Shown: one piece after another, positions 1-9,140 of the stretch
How the letters are laid out: the number at the start of each line of letters is the position of its first letter
How positions within the stretch are numbered: position 1 is the stretch's first letter
Assembly: GCA_947503525.1 (NCBI GenBank)
Contig: CANNEA010000011.1
Coordinates: forward strand, 110,547 to 142,546
Origin: an uncultured Carboxylicivirga sp.
GTDB taxonomy: Bacteria > Bacteroidota > Bacteroidia > Bacteroidales > Marinilabiliaceae
Direction: 5' to 3'
DNA: 32,000 nt
Notes under the pieces: generated by a model
Seen by the model: the letters and a program-made list of their open reading frames with translations, nothing else
Databases searched by the model: none
Told to the model about the DNA's origin: nothing
Program-made: the position numbers and the translations under genes

Positions 1-2290
1 CAACAGGTTTATCAAATACAATTACCTGAACTTCATCCGATTCAGCAATACCACCAGGCCCTTCAATCAATAAGTTAACATTATAATTGCCTGACGTGTA
101 ATAAATATGTGTGGGTTCCTTTTCAGTTGAAATATTTCCATCTCCAAAATCCCAAAGATATGTATGCGCATCTATACTATTGTTGTAGAAATTAACTGTT
201 AAAGGGGGACAACCTAATGTATCCGGTCCATAATCAAGAACTGGCATACTTGGCAGAATTTCAATGGCCTGAATGGTTGAATCTTTACAATTATCTCCCT
301 CCACGATCAATTTAATTTCAAAATCTCCTGACCTTCCATAGGTATATTTATCAGGATTCTTTGCTTCGGATGAATTACCATCGCCAAACAACCAGATATA
401 ACTCCAGTCGGATTCCGGAGTTGTATTTTCAATAACCACGGTTGAATTTGGCATTTGTTGAGATTTAGGATCTACAGTAAATGAGGGAGCAGGTGTTTTA
501 AACACTTCCACATTAGTATATGCTGTATCAGAACATCCATAGGATGAACTGGCAATTAAACTAACAGGATAAAGCTTATCATCTAAGGAATTATTCTCAT
601 ATAAATTACGACCATTAAATGAAGTAGATGTATTTCCATCACCAAAATCCCAAAGAAAACCATTGGCGCCTTCAGAATTATTTATAAAACTTTCTTCAAA
701 TGGAGAGCATCCCGAACTTCCATCTGATATTGATGCATTAACCTTAGGGTAAACCTGAATTACAGCTTCAAGCGAATCCAGACATTCATATGAATTACCT
801 ACAACCAGCTTAGCTGTGTAATTCACTAAAGAATACTCTTCATTCACATAAACATGTTCAACGGAGGCACTTCCCACTTCTTCTGTAGATTGACCATCAC
901 CAAAATACCACCAACTCGTTTCCGCACCAGTCGATGAATTATCAAAATCAACCAAAAGCGGTGAGCAACCATCTTTTGGATTTACTGTAAATAAACTTTT
1001 TGGACTTGGACTCACCACAACATTAGTAAAGGCCGTATCGGCACAACCAAATGAAGATTCTGCTATCAATTCAACCAGATAAGTTTCTGAAGATGCACCA
1101 TTATTTACATACTCATTGGTACCATTATATGCATTTGAAGTATTTCCATCACCATAATCCCAACTAAACATTGTAGCTCCCTCCGAATTATTAAGGATGG
1201 TTTCTACATGAGGCGAACAGCCATTGCCTCCATCAGAAATGGAAGCCGTTACCTTTGGGAACACTCTAATGAGAGCATTGGTCGAATCCATACATCCATA
1301 AGTATTCTCAACAACCAATTTGGCCGTCATATTTTTTGTGTCCAATTCATCATTTATGTATACATGCGATACAGATCCGGCATCCGGCAATGTAATTGTA
1401 TTTCCATCACCAAAATACCAATGACTTAGATTTGCCCCGGAAGATGAATTAACGAATTCAACATTTAGCGGTGCACAGCCTTCGGTAGGCGCATAAGTAA
1501 ATTGACTTACAGGGCTAGGATTAACCGTTATTATTGATTGTGCCGTATCCTTACACCCAAAAGCAGAACTTGTATATAAATGAACATTAAAGCTTAAACT
1601 TGATGCAGTTGTATTTTCAAAAATATGTGAAGTACTGCTTGTCCCCGACAACTCAGTACCATTATCAAAATCCCATTTATATGAATAGGCACCAGGATCA
1701 GCAACAAACTCAACTTTTAAAGGATGACAACCTTCAATGGGCTCAGCTGTGAAATCGTAACCAACTAATGGATAAACGGTAATATAAGTACTGGAAGTAT
1801 CTCTACAGCCATAAGCATTATCCACCATTAGTTTTACTTCATAGGCTTGTACAAAATCTTCTGAATTAACAAAAACATGCGATACATCCTCATCCGATTC
1901 AATTGGAGAACCATCACCAAAACTCCATTCGTAAACTGTAGCTCCGATTGATTCGTTTGTAAAATCAACCAGCAATGGACTACAACCAGGAGTAGGATCA
2001 TTATCGAACTTGGAAATTGTTGAAGGATTAACCGTAATATCATAAGAAATTGAATCCTTACATCCGTTATTACTAGAAGCAAAAAGCTTTAATCGGTAAT
2101 CAACGGGAACCTGAAGCGGATTTGAATAAGTATGCTCCGGATCTTCTAAATTAGATCCAAAACCATCTCCAAAATCCCATAGGTAAGTATCAGCATTTTG
2201 CGATGCGTTCGTTAAATTAATATTCAATGGACTACATCCAACATTATCAAAAGGATCTACTCCTGCCACCACAAGTGGAAAAAACTCAAT
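1..2290 (-). repeat. Intragenic tandem array of at least 9 PKD-like modules with a ~252-258 nt period
   Basis: The plus-strand signature ccatc/ccatt...ccaaaa (reverse complement of the FGDG codons) starts at 138, 378, 636, 894, 1146, 1404, 1659, 1911 and 2163. Spacings are 240, 258, 258, 252, 258, 255, 252 and 252 nt. The translated modules each contain GC.P..V.F.N.S and W.FGDG...H.Y. Confidence 0.8.
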
Positions 2291-4372
2291 GGCTACCGTA
2301 TCTCCGGCCTCACAACCATTATTATATTCGACCCAGGCATATCGATAAAAGCCAGCCTGATCAACCTCTACGTCAGTTATTGCAAGTGTAGCATCACCAA
2401 ACACAGACACTCCGGGCCCCTCAACTTGCTTCCAATTACCAATACCAATATCGGGCACCGAGGATAAAATATGTTTCAATCCGCAAGTATCTGTATCTTC
2501 CATAACAACCGGAGCCGGAACCTCAACAAAACTAATAGTTACTTCATCCGAATCCAGACATCCGCTATTATCTTCCGACCAACTAAATACATAATCGCCA
2601 TATACATCAACCACAACCTGAGTAAGAGCATCATTGACATCGAAAAAAGCAGCTGATCCCGGCCCTGAAACTACTTGCCAGGTCCCAAGTCCTACCGATG
2701 GAACCGCCGCAAAATCGTAACGCAAGCCACAGGCCTTTGAATCAAGACCGGCATTACTTACCGGCTGTTCAAATACTTCAACAACAATACTGTCTGCATC
2801 ATCGCAGCCATGGCTGTCTTTTACGTAGTAATCAAATTTAAAAACCCCAGCTTCAGTTGCATTAAAAACCGGATTCTCAACGTTGGTAGCAGATAACAAA
2901 TCAATTCTATCTCCACTCCACTGATGCTCAACAAACACACCAGACCCTCCGTATGGATTAGGCTCCAATTGCTCATTAATTCCCTGACAAAGTTCTATAT
3001 ACTTATTCGTAAAATTTATCCCAACCGAATCTACAATCACAACAATTGTATCTTCATCAAAACATGAATTACTATCAGTTACCCGATAGACCAACTCATA
3101 AGTTCCCTCAACATTAGTTAAGAAATCGGGAGTTTGTATATTAACATTATTAAGAGGTGTAACATCTCCCGTCCAAAGGTGGGTATATGGTGTAACTCCT
3201 AATGATGGATTACCATCCAGAGTTAATTGTATTCCAGGGCAAAGAAGAGCTGGTGATCCTGAGGTAATATCAGCCAAAGGGGCTTCCCGAACCTCAATAA
3301 GCAACTGTCCGGTTGCACTGCAGCTATTGGCATCCAAAACCAAATAATCAATCGTATGCGATCCCGGTCCTGCAATTGAAGGATCAAATTCTCCTGTATT
3401 TGCATCAACAATACCTGGCCCCGACCATATTCCCCCGGGTGTAACAGCTGCTAATGTAACGGGATCTTCATTGGCACAAAACGGACCAGCCGGATTAACT
3501 GTACCATCAGGTATATCCACGATCAAAGCAATTGCGGTAGTAATCACCGGATCATTATCTCCATTAACCAGATCAGCCGGTGGTCCGGGAATATCCGGAT
3601 CATCATAAGGATTACAAAAGTTCCAATTTCGCAAAGTAACTTCGAAAAAGTCTCCAACATTATAACCATTTGGAACATATATAGGATCGGCTGTATTTAT
3701 TGGCGGACTTGGCCCCAATATAGGTTCTGTTGTTACATCAATACTACTTCGAAAAGGATATGTTTCAAGTACACCATTAACCAAAGCCGTGTTAATATTT
3801 GTTCCTCCTGTGCCATAGATCCATTGAATCCATCGTTTACGCTCATTTGGAACATCATTCTCGTCGGGCGGGGTACAATTCCATTGACTGTTATCAACAA
3901 ATGTTACCGTTCCATCATTACCAACACAAATTGGAAAAACAAGAGGATCAATCAGCATTTCACCCCCATTTAAATCATCTGTATCCCAAACCGTTACTTT
4001 CTGAACCTGAATACTACTGGTACAAACGACACCATTTACAACCAACACTACACTTGGTTCGTAATTACATTTATCTCCTCCAATAGGATAAACGTGAGAA
4101 TGCGTATACTCCCACTCTCCACCGCCATTGTCTGTGGCAACAACCGTTTGTGCAGGATTACCGTCATCCCAGTCAAATTGAAATTCAACAATTGTTCCGG
4201 CATTATTTACACCTCTATAAGTTACTTTCCAATCTACAGAGACTGGCGCACACAACTTATCGGGTAATATATCATTTGCTTTTGATGTAATATTACAGTC
4301 CTGCCCATACCCATCCATAAACAGGTATAGCAAGTAAAATAATATTAAAAGTGCTCTTTTTTTACCGTCCAT
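1..4372 (-). CDS. Large secreted PKD-repeat cell-surface/adhesin-like protein. The N-terminal >=1457 aa are in the window; the C-terminus lies beyond the left edge.
   Basis: Absent from the supplied ORF track. Manual reverse-complement translation from the ATG at 4372..4370 gives MDGKKRALLILFYLLYLFMDGYGQDCNITSK..., which looks like a signal peptide. The frame stays open to position 1; I spot-checked plus-strand triplets at positions equal to 2 mod 3 in several lines and saw no tta/cta/tca. After the N-terminal region come Ig-like modules (GGIWSGPGIVDANTGEFDPSIAGPGSHTIDY; two AG-D-x-CG...G-W-x-V-SGPG modules). These are followed by nine PKD-type W-[DYL]-[FY]-[GD]-[DN]-G modules. All track ORFs inside this span are short and in other frames. 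Confidence 0.85.
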   Translation of the reverse strand, partial: MDGKKRALLILFYLLYLFMDGYGQDCNITSKANDILPDKLCAPVSVDWKVTYRGVNNAGTIVEFQFDWDDGNPAQTVVATDNGGGEWEYTHSHVYPIGGDKCNYEPSVVLVVNGVVCTSSIQVQKVTVWDTDDLNGGEMLIDPLVFPICVGNDGTVTFVDNSQWNCTPPDENDVPNERKRWIQWIYGTGGTNINTALVNGVLETYPFRSSIDVTTEPILGPSPPINTADPIYVPNGYNVGDFFEVTLRNWNFCNPYDDPDIPGPPADLVNGDNDPVITTAIALIVDIPDGTVNPAGPFCANEDPVTLAAVTPGGIWSGPGIVDANTGEFDPSIAGPGSHTIDYLVLDANSCSATGQLLIEVREAPLADITSGSPALLCPGIQLTLDGNPSLGVTPYTHLWTGDVTPLNNVNIQTPDFLTNVEGTYELVYRVTDSNSCFDEDTIVVIVDSVGINFTNKYIELCQGINEQLEPNPYGGSGVFVEHQWSGDRIDLLSATNVENPVFNATEAGVFKFDYYVKDSHGCDDADSIVVEVFEQPVSNAGLDSKACGLRYDFAAVPSVGLGTWQVVSGPGSAAFFDVNDALTQVVVDVYGDYVFSWSEDNSGCLDSDEVTISFVEVPAPVVMEDTDTCGLKHILSSVPDIGIGNWKQVEGPGVSVFGDATLAITDVEVDQAGFYRYAWVEYNNGCEAGDTVAIEFFPLVVAGVDPFDNVGCSPLNINLTNASQNADTYLWDFGDGFGSNLEDPEHTYSNPLQVPVDYRLKLFASSNNGCKDSISYDITVNPSTISKFDNDPTPGCSPLLVDFTNESIGATVYEWSFGDGSPIESDEDVSHVFVNSEDFVQAYEVKLMVDNAYGCRDTSSTYITVYPLVGYDFTAEPIEGCHPLKVEFVADPGAYSYKWDFDNGTELSGTSSTSHIFENTTASSLSFNVHLYTSSAFGCKDTAQSIITVNPSPVSQFTYAPTEGCAPLNVEFVNSSSGANLSHWYFGDGNTITLPDAGSVSHVYINDELDTKNMTAKLVVENTYGCMDSTNALIRVFPKVTASISDGGNGCSPHVETILNNSEGATMFSWDYGDGNTSNAYNGTNEYVNNGASSETYLVELIAESSFGCADTAFTNVVVSPSPKSLFTVNPKDGCSPLLVDFDNSSTGAETSWWYFGDGQSTEEVGSASVEHVYVNEEYSLVNYTAKLVVGNSYECLDSLEAVIQVYPKVNASISDGSSGCSPFEESFINNSEGANGFLWDFGDGNTSTSFNGRNLYENNSLDDKLYPVSLIASSSYGCSDTAYTNVEVFKTPAPSFTVDPKSQQMPNSTVVIENTTPESDWSYIWLFGDGNSSEAKNPDKYTYGRSGDFEIKLIVEGDNCKDSTIQAIEILPSMPVLDYGPDTLGCPPLTVNFYNNSIDAHTYLWDFGDGNISTEKEPTHIYYTSGNYNVNLLIEGPGGIAESDEVQVIVFDKPV

Positions 4373-4677
4373 AAAGCCTTTCTAATACTAGATCTTGTCC
4401 CCAATTAATCCTAACGACTAATTGTTAATCCTATTGCCCTACTCAAAGAACCACGTACCAATAGTGATTTTTGTCAAGTTTGGCACATTTCTGTAAAACG
4501 CTGAGTTTCGTCATTTTTTATTCTTGCGATACTTGCAACTTTTACAGTACTCAACCAATAAGTACCCTATCTTAAAAATAACGTACAAAACGAATATTGA
4601 CATTAGTACGGTATAAGTAGTATTATAGTTCCGTTCGTGAGTTATTTTTTTGTATTACCTAATTAACAATAATTGTC

Positions 4678-5589
4678 ATGATCAATAAATTAATTGCACA
4701 GACACTTCCTTATTTCCCTAAAAAATTTGTTTGGATATTTTCCAAAAAATATATCGCTGGCGAATCTATCTCAGAAGCCATATTAGCTTCTAAGCAACTC
4801 AATGATAAGAGCATCACAATCACAGTTGATCTTCTTGGTGAATTCATCACAAATATTGACGAGGCTAAGGCTAATAAAAACCAATACCTTCAAATCGTTA
4901 ATGAATTTGAGTCTAATAAAATTAAAGGAAATTATTCATTAAAGCCAACTAGTTTTGGTTTGCTACTCGATAAGGAAGTCTGTTATCAATATGTTAGAGA
5001 GATTGTAGCCAAGGCGGCTGAATACGATAATTTCGTTCGAGTTGACATGGAAGACTCTAAGTGCGTTGATCTGGAAATTGATATGTATCGAAAGTTAAAA
5101 GCTGAATTTCCAAAAAATGTTGGATTAGTTGTTCAGTCTTACCTAAAAAGAACATCGCAAGATTTAATTGATATGATGGACCTGCATACCGATGAAGTCC
5201 CTCTAAACTACAGACTATGTAAAGGTATCTATGTTGAACCAGAAGAAATTGCTTACCGCGATTACCATAAAATCAATGAGAAATATCTTGAAAATCTGGA
5301 ATATTTACTTGTGAATAAAGTTTTTGTTGGTATTGCAACTCATGACCGCAAGCTTGTGGAAGGGGCATATAAGATCATCGAAAAACACAATATTCCTGAT
5401 GATCAGTTCGAATTCCAGATGCTGTATGGCGTTACTCCTGAACTTAGACAACAGATTTTAGATAAAGGATTTAAAATGCGCGTTTATGTTCCTTATGGGA
5501 AAGAATGGTTTGGCTATAGCACTCGTCGCTTGAAAGAGAATCCTAAAATGGCTTACCATATTATTAAATCAATTTTTGTACGAGGTTAA
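4678..5589 (+). CDS. Proline dehydrogenase (monofunctional PRODH family)
   Basis: 303-aa ORF. The length and sequence character match stand-alone bacterial PRODH TIM-barrel enzymes (VDLLGEF..., VRVDMEDS, VGIATHD, QMLYGV, C-terminal RRLKENP). A strong terminator follows. Confidence 0.8.
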   Translation: MINKLIAQTLPYFPKKFVWIFSKKYIAGESISEAILASKQLNDKSITITVDLLGEFITNIDEAKANKNQYLQIVNEFESNKIKGNYSLKPTSFGLLLDKEVCYQYVREIVAKAAEYDNFVRVDMEDSKCVDLEIDMYRKLKAEFPKNVGLVVQSYLKRTSQDLIDMMDLHTDEVPLNYRLCKGIYVEPEEIAYRDYHKINEKYLENLEYLLVNKVFVGIATHDRKLVEGAYKIIEKHNIPDDQFEFQMLYGVTPELRQQILDKGFKMRVYVPYGKEWFGYSTRRLKENPKMAYHIIKSIFVRG

Positions 5590-5611
5590 CACCTATTATA
5601 TTTAAACCAAT

Positions 5612-5645
5612 AGCCAAAATGAAGTTCTTTCATTTTGGCTTTTTT
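5612..5645 (+). terminator. Rho-independent terminator between the convergent PRODH and MATE genes
   Basis: 12-bp stem agccaaaatgaa/ttcattttggct (5612-5623 / 5629-5640) followed by ttttt (5641-5645). It overlaps the MATE stop codon, so it may act in both directions. Confidence 0.75.
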
Positions 5646-6939
5646 ATTGCTTAAAAACAGGCAGTCGTTTGTAAAATATCGTCTGAAACAAACCTCGGCC
5701 GAGCATAAAACAGTTCATTGCCAACCATAGTGCATGGTTATCCAAGGACGATCTAAATCCATAAAACAGAATAAAGAAAACCAATGTGGCCATCAGCATT
5801 GTATTCCGCATTAATCTGGAAGCAGTGGCTCCTATGTATATACCGTCCCAAATAAACGATGAAAAACCAGTTATCGGCAATAAAATTAACCAAGGTAGAT
5901 AATCTGTTGCCACCTCAATTACATCAGCCTGGTTCGTAAATAGTCGTAATAAACCAACACCTCCAAAAGCATAAATCGCAATAAAGAATAATGCAAAAGC
6001 ACCACCCCAGTAAAATAAGAGTTTAACAGCCCGTTTAAACTCAATCATATTTTTTCTACCTGTGAATTTCCCAATCAAGGCCTCAGCGGCATAGGCAAAG
6101 CCATCAAGAAAATAAGAAAATAAAAACAAAAATTGAAGCAAAGCACTATTTGCTGCAAGTATAAGATCGCTTGTTCCAGCCGATTTTGAAGTAAAAAAAG
6201 TAAAGACCACGATTATGCATAAAGTGCGTAGAAATATATCCCCACTCACATTCATAAAGCTTAATAAACCAGAGCGCTTAAGTATATCCTTCAAATTAAA
6301 ATATTTAAGAAAATATCGAAATCGCTTCATAAAAAACAGAAGTGATAAAATTATTCCAACATACTGAGAGATAACCGATCCCATGGCTACCCCCTCCACC
6401 TTCATATCAAACACTTTGACTAAAATGAATGACGCAATAATATTAATCACATTAATGCTGATTGATATTATCATTGGATAAAGTGCATTTTGCATACCCA
6501 AAAACCACCCATTAATGACCATTAAGGCAATTGCAGCCGGAGCAGCCCAAATACGCACATAAAAATAATCCTTGGCCAGAGCTTTAACTTCGGTACTTCC
6601 TTCAAGTATTTGTAAACTTAAGTTGACTATACCCGATTGTAAAATCAACAAAACAAATCCCGCCACAAGTGCAAGAAATAAACCCCTAAACAGAAGCATG
6701 GCCATTTCGGTATTATTATCTCTACCAAAGGCCTGAGCCGCCATTCCACTCAAGCTCATTCGTAAGAAGGCAAAACCCCAATACACAAAATTAAAAATAA
6801 CGCCACCCAAGGCTACTGCCCCCATAAAAACGGCACTATCCTGGTAGCCCATAAGGTGCATATCTACCATCCCCAAGAGAGGCACAGTAAGATTGGTAAG
6901 AATATTTGGTAGGGCCAGCCTTAAAATTTCCCGATTCAT
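5644..6939 (-). CDS. MATE family efflux transporter (DinF-like)
   Basis: 431-aa polytopic membrane ORF with the typical MATE N-terminus MNREILRLALPNILTNLTVPLLGMVDMHLMG. The hydrophobic profile is consistent with about 12 TM segments. Confidence 0.85.
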   Translation of the reverse strand: MNREILRLALPNILTNLTVPLLGMVDMHLMGYQDSAVFMGAVALGGVIFNFVYWGFAFLRMSLSGMAAQAFGRDNNTEMAMLLFRGLFLALVAGFVLLILQSGIVNLSLQILEGSTEVKALAKDYFYVRIWAAPAAIALMVINGWFLGMQNALYPMIISISINVINIIASFILVKVFDMKVEGVAMGSVISQYVGIILSLLFFMKRFRYFLKYFNLKDILKRSGLLSFMNVSGDIFLRTLCIIVVFTFFTSKSAGTSDLILAANSALLQFLFLFSYFLDGFAYAAEALIGKFTGRKNMIEFKRAVKLLFYWGGAFALFFIAIYAFGGVGLLRLFTNQADVIEVATDYLPWLILLPITGFSSFIWDGIYIGATASRLMRNTMLMATLVFFILFYGFRSSLDNHALWLAMNCFMLGRGLFQTIFYKRLPVFKQ

Positions 6940-7076
6940 TGATATTATTTATCTAGGCCACGAAGATAATTATACCAAAGCGATAAAAAAATTACATTTT
7001 ATTTATTTCATTTCCTGATAGATAGAAAATATCCAATTGAATTAATGAACAAATTAAGACATTTATGTCTTTTTTA

Positions 7077-7108
7077 TTTGGACTCAATCCAAATAAATAA
7101 TATTTTTG
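7077..7108 (+). promoter_or_regulatory. Candidate Bacteroidota-type promoter for the first SOD gene (-33 TTTG, -7 TAnnTTTG)
   Basis: TTTG at 7077-7080 and tatttttg (TAttTTTG) at 7101-7108 are separated by 20 nt. The -7 box ends 44 nt upstream of the ATG at 7153. This matches the published Bacteroides primary-sigma consensus by eye only. Confidence 0.45.
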
Positions 7109-7152
7109 GATTCGTAAGTCTTTTATTAGATAACTTATAAAAATAAAAGTAA

Positions 7153-7755
7153 ATGGCATTTGAATTACCGCAATTAGATTATTCATACGATGCATTAGAA
7201 CCGCATATTGATGCTCGCACAATGGAAATCCACCATAGCAAACATCATGCAGGATATACAAATAACCTAAACGCTGCTGTTGAAGGAACTGATTTAGCAG
7301 GGAAAAGCGTTGAAGATATTTTAGCAAATATTTCACAACACTCAACAGCTGTTCGTAATAATGGAGGTGGTTTTTATAATCACAACTTATTCTGGAAAAT
7401 GATGTCACCTAATGGTGGTGGACAACCTTCCGGAGATTTAGCAGCTGCAATTGACAAAACATTTGGTTCATTTGACAATTTCAAAGCTGAATTTTCAAAA
7501 GCTGCTGCAACACGATTTGGTTCGGGTTGGGCATGGTTGGTTCAGCAAGCAGATGGACAATTAGTTGTTTCATCTACTCCTAATCAGGATAATCCATTGA
7601 TGGATATTTCTGATGTTAAAGGAACACCTATTCTAGGTTTAGATGTATGGGAACATGCTTATTATTTAAATTATCAAAATAGACGTCCCGATTATATTGG
7701 TGCATTCTGGAATGTTATCAATTGGGACGAAGTAGCATTACGTTTTAAAGTTTAG
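7153..7755 (+). CDS. sodA: Superoxide dismutase, Fe/Mn family, with Mn-type signature residues
   Basis: 200 aa with HHSKHH, the DVWEHAYYL metal-ligand motif and FGSGWAWL. Mn-type discriminators are [13 protein letters not shown] (Gly-Gly, no Gln in helix 2) and a Gln in STPNQDNPL. Confidence 0.93.
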   Translation: MAFELPQLDYSYDALEPHIDARTMEIHHSKHHAGYTNNLNAAVEGTDLAGKSVEDILANISQHSTAVRNNGGGFYNHNLFWKMMSPNGGGQPSGDLAAAIDKTFGSFDNFKAEFSKAAATRFGSGWAWLVQQADGQLVVSSTPNQDNPLMDISDVKGTPILGLDVWEHAYYLNYQNRRPDYIGAFWNVINWDEVALRFKV

Positions 7756-7774
7756 TTTGTTCATTTTGTCTGGG

Positions 7775-7810
7775 AAAAAGGGAACTCCAAACGAGGTGTT
7801 CCCTTTTTAT
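7775..7810 (+). terminator. Rho-independent terminator after the Mn-type SOD
   Basis: Stem aagggaac/gttccctt (about 7779-7785 / 7798-7804) with a possible inner cc/gg extension. It is followed by tttttatttt. Confidence 0.7.
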
Positions 7811-7828
7811 TTTGTCTTTTTTAAAGAT

Positions 7829-7856
7829 TTTGAAAACACTAGGTTTCTTATATTTG
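7829..7856 (+). promoter_or_regulatory. Candidate promoter for the second SOD gene
   Basis: tatatttg (TAtaTTTG) at 7849-7856 ends 35 nt upstream of the ATG at 7892. A TTTG sits at 7829-7832, but the 16-nt spacing is shorter than consensus. Confidence 0.35.
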
Positions 7857-7891
7857 TTTAAGACACAGACAAAATACTAAAACGAACAAAT

Positions 7892-8467
7892 ATGAACTTC
7901 GAATTACCAAAATTACCGTATGCACTTGATGCATTGGAACCAATCATTTCCAAAACAACTTTGGAATTTCACTACGGCAAACACCATCAGGCTTATGTGA
8001 ACAATCTTAACAATCTGGTTAAAGGAACCGAGTTTGAAAATGCAGATCTGGAAACAATAGTAAAGAAATCGGAAGGCGGCATTTTTAATAATGGAGCCCA
8101 GGTATGGAACCATACTTTCTATTTCATGTCTTTTGCCCCAAACGGCAAAGGCGCTCCCAGTGGAGAATTAGCTAAAGCCATTGATGCGGCCTTTGGCTCA
8201 TTTGACAATTTTAAAACAGAATTCTCACAAGCTGCCGCCACCTTATTTGGATCGGGCTGGGCCTGGCTGGTAAAAAAGGATGATGGTTCTTTGGCTATCG
8301 TTAAAGAAAGCAATGCTGGAAATCCAATGCGTGATGGATTAACGCCAATATTAACCTGTGATGTTTGGGAGCACGCGTACTACCTGGATAAGCAGAATGC
8401 CAGACCTAAATACATTGAAGATTTTTGGAAAATAATTGATTGGACTGTTGTATCTGAAAGATACTAA
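7892..8467 (+). CDS. sodB: Superoxide dismutase, Fe/Mn family, with Fe-type signature residues
   Basis: 191 aa with [16 protein letters not shown] and FGSGWAWL. Fe-type discriminators are [14 protein letters not shown] (Gln in helix 2) and Ala in ESNAGNPM at the position where the upstream paralogue has Gln. Confidence 0.93.
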   Translation: MNFELPKLPYALDALEPIISKTTLEFHYGKHHQAYVNNLNNLVKGTEFENADLETIVKKSEGGIFNNGAQVWNHTFYFMSFAPNGKGAPSGELAKAIDAAFGSFDNFKTEFSQAAATLFGSGWAWLVKKDDGSLAIVKESNAGNPMRDGLTPILTCDVWEHAYYLDKQNARPKYIEDFWKIIDWTVVSERY

Positions 8468-8491
8468 GCAAGAATTATTAAATTAAGATTT

Positions 8492-8535
8492 AAAAGAGAC
8501 TTAATGGCATTTTTTGTATATTAAGTCTCTTTTTT
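8492..8535 (+). terminator. Rho-independent terminator after the Fe-type SOD
   Basis: 14-bp stem aaaagagacttaat/attaagtctctttt (8492-8505 / 8520-8533) with a 14-nt loop. The T-run extends to 8535. Confidence 0.85.
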
Positions 8536-8568
8536 ACACCCGCATATCAACTAAATAAATACATATTT

Positions 8569-9135
8569 ATGCTTAAGCAACTTATTGAAAAAAACCGCAG
8601 TTACCGACGTTTTCATCAGGAAAAATCCATTACGGAAGAAACGCTTAGTGAGTTAGTTAATTTAGCGCGTCTTTCACCTTCCGCTCGGAACGCACAGCCT
8701 TTAAAATATTTCATTTCAACCGATGAGGCCAAAAACGAAAAAATATTTCCTCACCTATCGTGGGCAGGCTATTTAAAAGAATGGAACGGACCTGTTAAAG
8801 GTGAGCAACCTTCGGCTTATATTATCCTTTTAAACGACACTGAGATATCGTCTAATTATTTTTGCGATGACGGAATTGCTTCACAAAGTATTTTGCTTGG
8901 AGCTGTAGAGAAAGAATTAGGCGGATGTATTATTGGTTCATTAAACCGTCTTCAATTACAGCGTGAACTTGAGCTTCCTGATCATTTGAAAATTGTTCAT
9001 GTGATTGCTTTAGGATATCCTAAAGAAGAGGTTTCAGTTGAAGAAATGAAAGATAACAATCATGTTTATTGGCGCGATGTAAATGAAAAGCATCATGTAC
9101 CCAAAAGATCGCTTGAAGAAATTATAATTAAGTAA
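8569..9135 (+). CDS. Nitroreductase family protein (FMN-dependent NAD(P)H oxidoreductase)
   Basis: 188 aa with the classic N-terminal nitroreductase pattern RRSYRRF...L..L...ARLSPSARNAQP. The size is typical of the family. Confidence 0.85.
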   Translation: MLKQLIEKNRSYRRFHQEKSITEETLSELVNLARLSPSARNAQPLKYFISTDEAKNEKIFPHLSWAGYLKEWNGPVKGEQPSAYIILLNDTEISSNYFCDDGIASQSILLGAVEKELGGCIIGSLNRLQLQRELELPDHLKIVHVIALGYPKEEVSVEEMKDNNHVYWRDVNEKHHVPKRSLEEIIIK

Positions 9136-9140
9136 TTGTT

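Noticed and set aside
1208-4086. Five short track ORFs (1208-1429+, 1834-2082-, 2471-2656+, 3223-3411-, 3799-4086+) in the apparently empty left 4.4 kb
   Set aside because: All lie in frames other than the continuous minus-strand PKD-protein frame. They encode low-complexity, Ile/Leu/Asn-rich peptides, so they are shadow ORFs of the real gene.
7077-7112. Triple TTTGGA / TCCAAA / TTTGGA arrangement (including the 8-bp inverted repeat AATCCAAA-N11-TTTGGATT) upstream of sodA, first considered as alternative attenuator hairpins
   Set aside because: The two TTTG-containing copies fall exactly where the Bacteroides -33 (TTTG) and -7 (TAnnTTTG) promoter elements are expected, with 20-nt spacing. 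They lie upstream of the likely transcription start, so an RNA-structure role is unlikely.
6992-7408. 138-aa minus-strand ORF spanning the sodA promoter and 5' half
   Set aside because: It is antisense to a strongly conserved SOD coding sequence, and the rest is AT-rich promoter DNA. The peptide has no recognisable features.
7440-8290. Higher similarity between the two SOD genes in their central third ([22 protein letters not shown]; a 14-nt identical run tcatttgacaattt), considered as possible gene conversion
   Set aside because: This segment is the most conserved part of all Fe/Mn SODs. Nucleotide identity outside the short run is ordinary and synonymous sites differ, so there is no need to invoke conversion.
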